Shown here in pieces: positions 1 through 8,800 of a DNA stretch of 64,000 bases. This DNA comes from a virus, in the IMG/VR virus record IMGVR_UViG_3300043570_000570, positions 1 through 64,000 of that record; one strand, written 5' to 3'. The notes below the pieces were generated by a model that made no database searches, was not told the origin of the DNA, and saw nothing but the letters and a program-made list of their open reading frames with translations. The translations under genes and the position numbers were made by a program. Every line of letters begins with the position of its first letter. The first letter of the stretch is position 1.

Positions 1-195
1 ATCCTTGTATAGATTGATTTGCTGACTGTCCAAATGAATAACAGTCTTAAGAACAACTACACGTTCTCTTGCTTTGATTCCCTTAAGGAATTCGTTATTC
101 AACTCCTTTAGCGGTAAGCTGTCTAGAGATTGTGAGTAGATACTTGGTGCCGTCAATGTCAGGCATAGTATCAAGAGCAATCTGAATAGTGTCAT
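1..195 (-). CDS. Partial exported protein overlapping the spanin-like gene (candidate o-spanin/lysis accessory); runs off the window
   Basis: Not in the ORF track. Manual translation from ATG at 195: MTLFRLLLILCLTLTAPSIYSQSLDSLPLKELNNEFLKG..., open to position 1. Hydrophobic signal peptide; starts inside 95..415. Confidence 0.6.
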   Translation of the reverse strand, partial: MTLFRLLLILCLTLTAPSIYSQSLDSLPLKELNNEFLKGIKARERVVVLKTVIHLDSQQINLYKD

Positions 196-415
196 ACTTG
201 AGGTTGATTTTTTCATAGTAACTAAATTGTTCATGTTTAAGTGTAGATAAAGAATCTACCCTACTGAGGAAACTTTCGTTGCGTTTCTCCATAGAGTCCA
301 TGTAAGACATAAATTTCTCTTCACTACCGCTACTTAAGCTTTGTCTTTCCCATAACAAAAAAGCTACTGTGATTAGTAGTAGCCCTATAACAATAACTTC
401 AATCTTGTTTTTCAT
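95..415 (-). CDS. Membrane-anchored coiled-coil protein, i-spanin (Rz)-like
   Basis: Single N-terminal TM segment (VIVIGLLLITVAFLLW) and helical tail; directly downstream of the holin. Confidence 0.5.
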   Translation of the reverse strand: MKNKIEVIVIGLLLITVAFLLWERQSLSSGSEEKFMSYMDSMEKRNESFLSRVDSLSTLKHEQFSYYEKINLKYDTIQIALDTMPDIDGTKYLLTISRQLTAKGVE

Positions 416-818
416 TTACTTTATGTTGGTCGATTTTATCTAAGATTAACTGCAGTAACTCATTCTTTATGAACCCTGCCCTAGCTGCGTTCTTGAGTGC
501 ACTTATAAGCTGAAAGAGAATAAAAGGAGCACAGATAGTCTCACTTAACCAGAAAGTGCCCTCAAAGCCCTTCTCAATCATCAATATACCTGTAAGCATA
601 AATACCCACACCATTAAAGTTTTAAGCACGCTCAGAGCTTTATGTGTCTTAAAGCCTTCCATCTTAGTTCCTGCCCATACCCCAAAGAATCCATCTATAA
701 ACACAACAGCAACTACAGCTAAGTACTGTTCAGCATTATCTGCTCCTAGATTAAGGAAGTAAGCTCCTAAAAAAGCTAAGAGAGTTGTACCTGTGTATAA
801 GAGGAAAGAGGTCTTCAT
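399..818 (-). CDS. Phage holin (holin_4_1-like)
   Basis: Several TM segments; D..GV..A and FQLISALKNA..G motifs; charged C-terminus. Confidence 0.75.
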   Translation of the reverse strand: MKTSFLLYTGTTLLAFLGAYFLNLGADNAEQYLAVVAVVFIDGFFGVWAGTKMEGFKTHKALSVLKTLMVWVFMLTGILMIEKGFEGTFWLSETICAPFILFQLISALKNAARAGFIKNELLQLILDKIDQHKVNEKQD

Positions 819-1066
819 TATTCAGTGGGAGGGAAAGGTGGGGTTACAACTTCAAACTCTGTGGGTTGTCCTAAAATTGGTGTAAGTGATTCATCAAAAA
901 CAATATACCAAAATTGCGGAGTGTTCAAATCTGCAAACTGATAATCAACCCAATTCTGGGTTATGTCATCAGGTGCAACAGGTATTCCGTAGTAAGTATC
1001 GCACAATTCCCTTGCGTTAATTGCTTCCTGTTCTGTTATGTATTGATATCCGTTAATAGATTGCAT
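818..1066 (-). CDS. Small acidic partner of the upstream lectin-like protein
   Basis: 82 aa, overlaps the end of 1053..1898, ends in PPFPP like 1895..2128. Confidence 0.55.
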   Translation of the reverse strand: MQSINGYQYITEQEAINARELCDTYYGIPVAPDDITQNWVDYQFADLNTPQFWYIVFDESLTPILGQPTEFEVVTPPFPPTE

Positions 1067-1898
1067 AATATGTATTAATGTTAGTATTGATTCCGCTAAT
1101 ATTTGAAGTTTGTGCCGTTGTGTAAAGAACTACCTCTTGAATTGAACCGTTAAATGGGTCATTATATTGGGTGTCACTACCGATTTGAACATCATTTAAA
1201 TTCGTTGTCAGTACCCTTGTATCATTTGTAAGTGATACGCTTGAATTATTCACTAACATTGAAATTGTTGTACTAACAGCGTTAATTGTTACAAGTTCTT
1301 GAACTAATGTTCTTGCACCATCGAAAGATTTCAAAACATCTGAATAAACTACCCTTGCATCGTTTCCTCCTGCCCCATAATATAAATAAGCAAATGCCGT
1401 TGCTGGTGTAATACTACCGATGGAAGTAATGGTTTGATAAGATGCTGAGTTATTATTAGATTTTGATAAAACAAAAAGCGTATTGCTTGAAGAAGTACCC
1501 GAACCAATAAATTTCATTATATCATTTGAGCCATCAAATTGTAAACATGGTTTTGAATTTACATTTATTATTGCACCACTACTAACTATTTGCGGCTGAT
1601 TTGCTGCTGTTGATTGCGTTGCGTTGTTTGCGTTTCCACTTTGATCGTACCAAGTAGTTACAAATCCATTTGTACCACTACAAAAAGTAGTTAAAGAAGA
1701 TGTATCTAAATTGCCAGAACTGAATCCAATATCCTGCTCTGTGTTGTCGCTTGACCTACGCACCCGAATAGCACTACCTGTGTAAGCAGTACGCAATAAA
1801 CGCACCGAATAAGCCGCCGCAGCCGATGGGTATAGGTCTAGCAGCAGGCTCGGTGCCAGTGTTGTTACTGAGATGGTATTTGAGTATCCTGTGATCAT
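1053..1898 (-). CDS. ConA/LamG-type (arabinofuranosidase-B-like) domain virion protein
   Basis: AAYSVRLLRTAYTGSAIRVRRSSDN..DIGF and VTTWYDQSGN motifs; C-terminal F.G.IQEVVLY. Confidence 0.7.
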   Translation of the reverse strand: MITGYSNTISVTTLAPSLLLDLYPSAAAAYSVRLLRTAYTGSAIRVRRSSDNTEQDIGFSSGNLDTSSLTTFCSGTNGFVTTWYDQSGNANNATQSTAANQPQIVSSGAIINVNSKPCLQFDGSNDIMKFIGSGTSSSNTLFVLSKSNNNSASYQTITSIGSITPATAFAYLYYGAGGNDARVVYSDVLKSFDGARTLVQELVTINAVSTTISMLVNNSSVSLTNDTRVLTTNLNDVQIGSDTQYNDPFNGSIQEVVLYTTAQTSNISGINTNINTYYAIY

Positions 1899-2128
1899 GC
1901 GCTAGGTGGGAATGGTGGGGCTGGTGGTGCGATATAATCACCTTCCGGTAAAGTTAGAATCCAATTCCAGGTAGGGTCGTTAACGATTACCTCTTTGTCC
2001 TGAGTAGACAGAAATAAGAACCAGACCCCATTAATATCTTGTACGCAATTAAAAAACTCATAGGGCGCATAAAACTGCCCTTGTATCTGTGTGTACTCCG
2101 ATTCCGAAAGTGTATATCCTATTGACAT
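1895..2128 (-). CDS. Small partner protein of a lectin-like virion protein
   Basis: 77 aa, FNCVQDINGVWF motif, C-terminal PPAPPFPP. Confidence 0.55.
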   Translation of the reverse strand: MSIGYTLSESEYTQIQGQFYAPYEFFNCVQDINGVWFLFLSTQDKEVIVNDPTWNWILTLPEGDYIAPPAPPFPPSA

Positions 2129-2883
2129 GATTTAAGATTATTAATTATTTCTTTGAATGTATTGCTGTCATAACTGCCTCTCGCTTTGTTTGCCCATACA
2201 CAAACGAATTGAACGTTGCCTTCTTCATAACCCAAGTCATTCTGTATTCTGTCCAAAGATAATAAATATGGATTAGATGTCATTTCACGTTTTTCATTAT
2301 ATGTCTTGGGGCAAAGTAAACCACCCCCAGTCAAAGCACATTTATAATTTTGCGATTCTAAAACGCTTTGCAAGTACTCGATACTTACATTGAACGAGTA
2401 ATTTCTTGACTTTGCATTATACCTCCATCTACCAAACAAAGCATTGTGAATGTCTTGCGTTCCACCCTTATTACAATTCCTTGGCTTCCTTTTCCCGCTC
2501 GCCCATGCTTTTACCGAGGACGACCCACTTCCTTTCAACCTATCAATACCATTTCTATCTAATAATAAAATTACCTTCTCATTAGATACCTTGTACTTTC
2601 TGACTAAATCTGTTTGAGTTGCTCCATTTCTATAATCCTCACACAACGCATCCTCATAATCAAACTTTAATTGTTTGATGTTGGCGTACATCTCAGATTT
2701 ACCCATCATTGGTACGCCTTGCATTTTTAACACTCTGCGAACTCTGTCTGTGGTTGCGTTCAAATCGGTTGCAATTTGCTGTACGGTTTTCTTTCCATAG
2801 TTGCTTACAATGTAGTTTGCATCTAATGGTTTCATTGTTGACCATTGTCTTCCCATATCACAAATATACAACAGTGTAGACAT
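2119..2883 (-). CDS. Free-standing HNH-like (His-Me finger, SLDRI type) endonuclease with two N-terminal HTH-like repeats; true start probably 2856
   Basis: CALTG...SLDRI...GYEEGNVQFVCVWAN motif; TATATTTG promoter element just upstream of the second Met (MGRQW). Confidence 0.65.
   Translation of the reverse strand: MSTLLYICDMGRQWSTMKPLDANYIVSNYGKKTVQQIATDLNATTDRVRRVLKMQGVPMMGKSEMYANIKQLKFDYEDALCEDYRNGATQTDLVRKYKVSNEKVILLLDRNGIDRLKGSGSSSVKAWASGKRKPRNCNKGGTQDIHNALFGRWRYNAKSRNYSFNVSIEYLQSVLESQNYKCALTGGGLLCPKTYNEKREMTSNPYLLSLDRIQNDLGYEEGNVQFVCVWANKARGSYDSNTFKEIINNLKSCQ
2861..2868 (-). promoter_or_regulatory. Bacteroidetes -7 element (TATATTTG) for the HNH-like gene
   Basis: Exact TAnnTTTG 4 nt before ATG at 2856; no TTG at -33. 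Confidence 0.5.
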
Positions 2884-2888
2884 ATTTG

Positions 2889-3692
2889 TTAAACTACTTG
2901 GCGAGCGAGGGTTGTGTTAAACGCTTGCACTGCGGTGTAAAAGTTGGATGCTTGGGTGTCGGTCAAGCCATCACCGATTGAAGCAAATGCAGTTTCTTTG
3001 GTAGAAAATAAATTCGCCGTTCCGCCTTGGTTAAAACATCCTAAATAAACATTGAAACTATTCATACTATTAGAATTTTTAGTTAATGTTTGGCTAACGT
3101 TATTTGTATAGTATTTTTCTTCAGTGCTTACAATTCTGCTACCAATTAACATACCCAAAGTAGGGCTCATTGCTGATGTTCTGAGAGTTTCTGGGGCATT
3201 AATACCACTGGGTGCGATATTATTCAAATTCATAATTAAATAAAACGCATCGGTTGCACCACCAATAGAACCAATATCTACTTGTACGCCTACTATATTC
3301 GTTCTTGAGTAGTAGGAAAGGTGTGCATTGTCCAATGTAATGTTTGAACTTGGAACAAATCCAGTATTCATAAAAGCACTTGCACCGTTTGGCGTTGCGC
3401 CCGTACTCGCAAAAGTCCAACCGCTTGAAAAACTACCCGGAAAACTTGCACTCTTTAAGTTTTGCGCACACGCTGCCGCACTTGCTCCGACCATGGGATA
3501 CACAGCACGCATGGCCGTCCAAATTCCTGCGGCCTTCATGTCTAAAACCAGTTGGTTAGTAGCCGTCTGCTCTGTTCCGGTTAAGGTCCCGCCGGCTGCT
3601 GTCACCCTATCAAAGAATGCCTGAGCATCGGGGTCTATAGTAGGCCCAAAACCAGCTTTTTGAAATCCAAAGAATGATGGGACTGCGAACAT
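2889..3692 (-). CDS. LamG/ConA-like beta-sandwich virion protein (putative receptor-binding/decoration)
   Basis: DPDAQAFF..V.AAGGTL N-terminus, YPMVG, and FASIGDGLTD.QA.NFYTAVQAFNTTL C-terminus; tail-fibre context. Confidence 0.6.
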   Translation of the reverse strand: MFAVPSFFGFQKAGFGPTIDPDAQAFFDRVTAAGGTLTGTEQTATNQLVLDMKAAGIWTAMRAVYPMVGASAAACAQNLKSASFPGSFSSGWTFASTGATPNGASAFMNTGFVPSSNITLDNAHLSYYSRTNIVGVQVDIGSIGGATDAFYLIMNLNNIAPSGINAPETLRTSAMSPTLGMLIGSRIVSTEEKYYTNNVSQTLTKNSNSMNSFNVYLGCFNQGGTANLFSTKETAFASIGDGLTDTQASNFYTAVQAFNTTLARQVV

Positions 3693-3693
3693 A

Positions 3694-5286
3694 TTATAGT
3701 GATGTGTCTCCGCCTAAAATTGCCAATACGTTGGTGTACTTGATGATGCTTACCACTGAGTACTGTCCGTTGTTCTTGCTGTGTCCCTGTCTGTTTCCGA
3801 TAACCAATCCACCCGTACCTGCAATGCTTGAAATTGCAGCGTCCAACTGAATGAGCGTTACGTTAAACCCACCGGGAAGTGATGCGTCAAATGTAATCGT
3901 CAAGGCACCTGTCAACGCAATTACACTTGAGTTGTATGTAGCAGCGTTAGCTGAGTTAAGAGTTAAGTTAACTGAAGTACTTGCTTGGTTGGGGACAAAA
4001 TTATTTAATACTGATCCATTCAAATTTAATCCCTCGCCTATTTTAGTTACACCTGTTGCGCGATTTACCTCTAAAGGTGTACCCAACAAAGTGCCAGCAT
4101 CGTTATAGCGTCTTAAAACAAAGTTACTACCTGCATTAGATCCGCTTTCTGCTACGTTGTTACTATATAAACCCCAGCGCTGTAAACCAGCAGTACGGAA
4201 AGTAATAATTTTGCTTTGACCTGCATCGCCATCAATTACTTGACGAGTAGTACCGGCTGCTACTTTTAAGTGTAAAATACCTAAAGGCGCAGCTATACCT
4301 AATCCCAATCTTTTATTGGTATCGTCCCATATAAAATTAGGATCTGAATCAAAAGCCCCAGCGTTGTTAAACTGTACCTCGCTAGTAGAACCTGCTGGCG
4401 TTCCAGATACCACTAAATCACCTGCGCCCAACACAGAACTACCATTAATTGTCTTAATGTTAGTACCAGATACTAGCGCGGCCTGTTTGCCGTTGAATGT
4501 GCTCCAGTCGGTGCTTGTAAGAGCTCCTCTGTTGGATGCAGATGCGTTAGGTACATTTAAGGTAATGACAGGAGTAGTCGTGCTGTTGGCAACCGTAGAA
4601 CTCAAATCTGTTCCAGTAGTTCCTAGAGTCAGTGCCGATACGTTAGTAACGGTTCCACTTCCTCCTCCCCCACCTGTAGCGTTGATGGTTACAACGCCTG
4701 TTCCCCCTACCGGAGAAATAGTGACGTTAGTACCTGCTACAATCTGAGATACGCCACTTGCACCACCACCACTATACTGTGGGATGTTTAATGTACCACC
4801 AACCAATGTGGCCGCGCCACTTGTGCCGGTAGTAGTAAGCGTTAATGTTTGCTGCTTGCCATTCAATTGTGTTTGAATATTGTCGCTAAGTCCGTTTAAA
4901 TAGTCAAACTCAGCATTGCTTATTACACCACTGCTAATTTTAGCAGCGTCAATGCCTGTTGGCAAGTCACTAGCGGCTAGGTCAGCACCTGCTGTAACTA
5001 GTCCTTTTGCATCGTACGTGATCTTTGTCTTGGTGGCTCCTGTAATTGCAGCGTTCTCATCCACTTTCAAGTCTAATGCAGTTTGAGTTGCAGTTGATAC
5101 AGGTTTATTTGCATCTGATGTATTAGAAACGTTATCTAATGCTAATGCAACCTTCAGTTGACCTGGAGCTACTTTCTTTGTCTCTCCTACACCTGCTGCT
5201 ACACTAACATCTACAATTGGTATCATGTCATTGCTGACATCGATACCTCCAATCAGAGCTAGTTCGGTTATTTTTTGATTTGCCAT
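3694..5286 (-). CDS. Tail fibre protein
   Basis: MANQKITEL start, LDNVSNTSDANKPVSTA, TKITYDAKGLVTAG, SGTNIKTING motifs; G/T/S-rich. Confidence 0.75.
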   Translation of the reverse strand: MANQKITELALIGGIDVSNDMIPIVDVSVAAGVGETKKVAPGQLKVALALDNVSNTSDANKPVSTATQTALDLKVDENAAITGATKTKITYDAKGLVTAGADLAASDLPTGIDAAKISSGVISNAEFDYLNGLSDNIQTQLNGKQQTLTLTTTGTSGAATLVGGTLNIPQYSGGGASGVSQIVAGTNVTISPVGGTGVVTINATGGGGGSGTVTNVSALTLGTTGTDLSSTVANSTTTPVITLNVPNASASNRGALTSTDWSTFNGKQAALVSGTNIKTINGSSVLGAGDLVVSGTPAGSTSEVQFNNAGAFDSDPNFIWDDTNKRLGLGIAAPLGILHLKVAAGTTRQVIDGDAGQSKIITFRTAGLQRWGLYSNNVAESGSNAGSNFVLRRYNDAGTLLGTPLEVNRATGVTKIGEGLNLNGSVLNNFVPNQASTSVNLTLNSANAATYNSSVIALTGALTITFDASLPGGFNVTLIQLDAAISSIAGTGGLVIGNRQGHSKNNGQYSVVSIIKYTNVLAILGGDTSL

Positions 5287-5288
5287 AA

Positions 5289-5426
5289 TTATACTTTAAC
5301 TGTAGTTATAATTTGATCTCCTGATTGTAATAACAAGAAGTCTCCATCTTGCTTAGTCAACAAGCCAGTAGTTAAAACAACTGGTTTAGTGTTCCTTTTA
5401 AGGATACTTAAGAATATACCAATCAT
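5289..5426 (-). CDS. Small 45-aa virion-associated peptide
   Basis: Not in the ORF track. MIGIFLSILKRNTKPVVLTTGLLTKQDGDFLLLQSGDQIITTVKV; TAATG coupling to the upstream gene; fills the gap exactly. Confidence 0.65.
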   Translation of the reverse strand: MIGIFLSILKRNTKPVVLTTGLLTKQDGDFLLLQSGDQIITTVKV

Positions 5427-5728
5427 TACTTGTACGCAATTACACTACCTGAAGAGATAGCAAAGCCAGTAATTAGTCCTCCAGGGATAAATGCCCCTTG
5501 AACAAAAGTTACACCACTCATACCATTGTTAGACAACTCAGAAGCACCATTGACAAGAAATTCTGTGAATACAGTATCTTCTTGTACTACTAGTGCACTG
5601 TAGCGTACGTTTGATACAGTACCTGTGCCGTGGCGTTTAAAACCTCCTGCACCTACTGCAAGACCTGAGGTAGAAGCTATTTGACGAAGCTTCTTTGAAT
5701 GTTCTTTAAGTAAATCATTATTTTCCAT
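5426..5728 (-). CDS. Small beta-rich structural protein
   Basis: 100 aa, ends ITGFAISSGSVIAYK; first gene after a promoter. Confidence 0.6.
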   Translation of the reverse strand: MENNDLLKEHSKKLRQIASTSGLAVGAGGFKRHGTGTVSNVRYSALVVQEDTVFTEFLVNGASELSNNGMSGVTFVQGAFIPGGLITGFAISSGSVIAYK

Positions 5729-5770
5729 AATCTTTTATAATCTTTTATAATTTTTTATAATCTTTTATAT
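5729..5770. repeat. 10-bp tandem repeat (TCTTTTATAA x~4) in the 5' leader
   Basis: tcttttataa tcttttataa ttttttataa tcttttatat. Confidence 0.85.
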
Positions 5771-5810
5771 TATCTATTCGACTTTAAGTCCGACCTAAGT
5801 CCGAGTTTTA

Positions 5811-5840
5811 CAAATTTACCTTATTTAAAAATAAAGTCAA
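5811..5840 (-). promoter_or_regulatory. Flavobacterium-type sigma70 promoter for the fibre/lysis operon
   Basis: TTG-N19-TAAATTTG. Confidence 0.75.
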
Positions 5841-5853
5841 GAAACTAAAGAGA

Positions 5854-8800
5854 CTATTTTCTTCCAGTTTCTGAGTATATATCTACAAGAGAAGATGTAC
5901 GTTCTTTTGACTCAGATCTTTCGTTTTGTAAAGATTCTATTTTTTCCAAAAGATTTTGTTTGGTATCTAGATCTTCTACGTAATCTAATTGTCTTTCTAT
6001 AGATTTAATTTGTTTACCAATAGAGTTTACAGATCTTTTTTCTGACTTTAAATCAGCATCTAGACTGCTTATATACCACTTAGGATTATACTTTTCATAC
6101 TTTCTAAATAAATATTCAGGATTTAAAAAATAGTTTATAGAAGCGTTTAATCCAAATAGTTTTTGAATACGTGCAGATATTTCCATATCTCCTTTAAGTG
6201 TAGGATCTGGTGGGTATCTCTTAGGATTAGAGATTTTTCCGCTTCTGCTTCTTGGTACATATTCATCAAAAGGATTTGCATCATCAAAAGGATTTAACAT
6301 CTCTATTGTAAGTTTTACAGCATCAGTAGCTCCTGAAAAAGGAAGAAGAACGTTTCTATTAAGATAGTATTGAGCAAAGTTTTGTCCATCTACGTTATTT
6401 TGAAATCTAGAATAATAGATAGACAAAGGACTGAATACAGGATTTAAACTGTTTAATTCATCTTCAATCATTAATAAGTTGTAAAGTAAAAAGTATACAA
6501 CATACATATCTTCTTCATCCTCGTCATCATATCTTATACTATTTAGTATTGCAGAGACTGCCATAATAACAGCTAAAGCAAGCATATCTATTGCTGCACC
6601 TTCTGCTTCTCTTCTTTCTGCAGGAGTCATTAAGTTTCTAGTAGCAGGTAATGAAAAATTGCTTTGATACAAAAGCTTAAGTGCTTGTACTACGGTTACA
6701 TAAAAACCTTGAAACTCTTCACCCGATCTTGGGTTAATAGTTCTACCTACTTTAAATCTTCGCATACCCTGGTAAGCAACCCATCCCTTCATGTTTCCTA
6801 TAATTCTACCTAGAGTATAACGACTATACTCTCCTTTGTCCATAGATCCATAAGCACCTTGAATAGCAGCATTGACGTGATTAAGTTTACCTCTGTAATA
6901 CTGTTCTATTTTTTGAAATCCTTCTTGGTCTACAATAGTATCCTTAGGAACAAGAATTCCATCTTTAAAATCATAAGCTTCAAACAAAGGAACTCCTTCA
7001 GGTTTATCTGTTAGAGGAATTAAAAACTGTTGCGAAAGTGCTTCTGCTACTGCACTCCTCATTTCAAATTCACCAAAAGTTCTAAAAAATCCTAAGAAGT
7101 TAAAAGGATTATACTTACGATACTTACCTAATTTCGAAATAAATAGTTTACGTCCTGTTTCACTTAGTTGATCTTCAGGCATAACATTAAAGTATCTCAT
7201 ACGAGAGATATATTCAGAATCTCTACCATCCTCTACTTCTGACTGGAATAAGTCTGCTATGTGAACAGCATTTCTACCCATAGCTTTAAAGATTTCTTTA
7301 CGGCTTAATCCATAAATACCTGCTTGTATAAACACGTTAGCAGATCCTGCCATAAAGTTTTTTACACTTGATGGAAGACGGTAAGCAAGAACAATAGGAG
7401 AGTTGGCAGACAATGCCATATCAAGTACTTTCTCTACCATTCTTCCTGCTTTATTGTTTACTAAGAACTTACGACTCTTACCCTGTAACTTACGTTCAAA
7501 CAAGTTATTAATCATCTTCTCAATCTTAGTACCAGGCAAAGACTCTTTTAATACATCCTGCATACCATAGATATAAGGCATTACTTCATACGCTTCTTTA
7601 AATCTAATCAAATCAGCTCCATACATTGCAATACTATTGAGTATGTTAATACTCATCTTATCAGCAGGAATAGGTTTATTATACTTTAAGTAAAGTTTCT
7701 TACTTACTTTTTGAATAATAGATCCTCCTTCTTGACTTCTTGCAGTCTCCTCATCGTCTTCAAAAGTAGCTTTGTCCCAAATTCCTTGAAAAGTGGCACC
7801 TATTTTAGACTTAAGAGTACCCATGTTAGTATTCTTTAGAGCCTTCTCTGCAGGATCCATAAGTACGCTAGGTAACTCTAAACCTTTCTTAAGATTCATA
7901 GGAGTACCTTTCTGTAGATCTAAGTAAACATCGGTTATTTTCTTAAGGATCTCTTTTTCTTTAGCGTCTAACTTATCATACTCTTTATTTCTATACTCAG
8001 TTTTATCAGTACGTAAAGGAACACGTTTACTATACTTTACATTTTTGATATCAGCCCTTACATACTTAGGATTAACAGCAATAGTATTCCACCTAAAAGA
8101 AGGAGAAGTATCCGTAATCAAGTTTTTATCTGTAGGTTCTGTTGACATCCAGAAGTATAAAGGTTCATCGGATAAAGTCCACATTTGGTTATTTTCATCC
8201 CATACATTTACTTTTTTATGATTTTGTTTATACCAATCTGTTTTTCTAAGTTCCTTTGTAGCATCAACCTCTAACAAAGCATCGTCTGCTTGGTCTTGAT
8301 AGCGTAAACTATTTGTTGCAATCAAAGAAGTCTTGATTAAATTTAACTTACTTGTATACTCTCTAACATAGTCAGGAGTGTAGACTTTTTCTTGGATGTC
8401 TCCAAAAGAAGAAAACAAATCTTTAAGATTATCTGCATCTTCTTTAGACATATCTACATCTGTTTTATAAGCAGTTTTAATCTTTTCTATCTCTTCTTCA
8501 TACTCTCTAACAAGACCAGCTAAGTTAGAAGGAGTCCCATCTGGATTTGGTGAAGCAATCTTAGAACCTTCATAAAAGTTATCAGAGTTCTTATATCCTT
8601 TCAATACTCCAAAAATATCATTCCACACCTCATCCATTCTACGTACTCCAGAAGGGGCAGGATACCTAGATTGAATAATGGTAATAGCATCTACAATCTC
8701 TTTTCTTTGTTTATAAAAGTCAGGACTAATTTTTCTTACACAGTTATTTGCTTTCCATAAATCAAACTGTTTCTTGTAATATTCTATAGTTTGCTTCTTA

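Noticed and set aside
818-5728. Diversity-generating retroelement acting on fibre genes
   Set aside because: No reverse transcriptase and no TR/VR pair seen in the window
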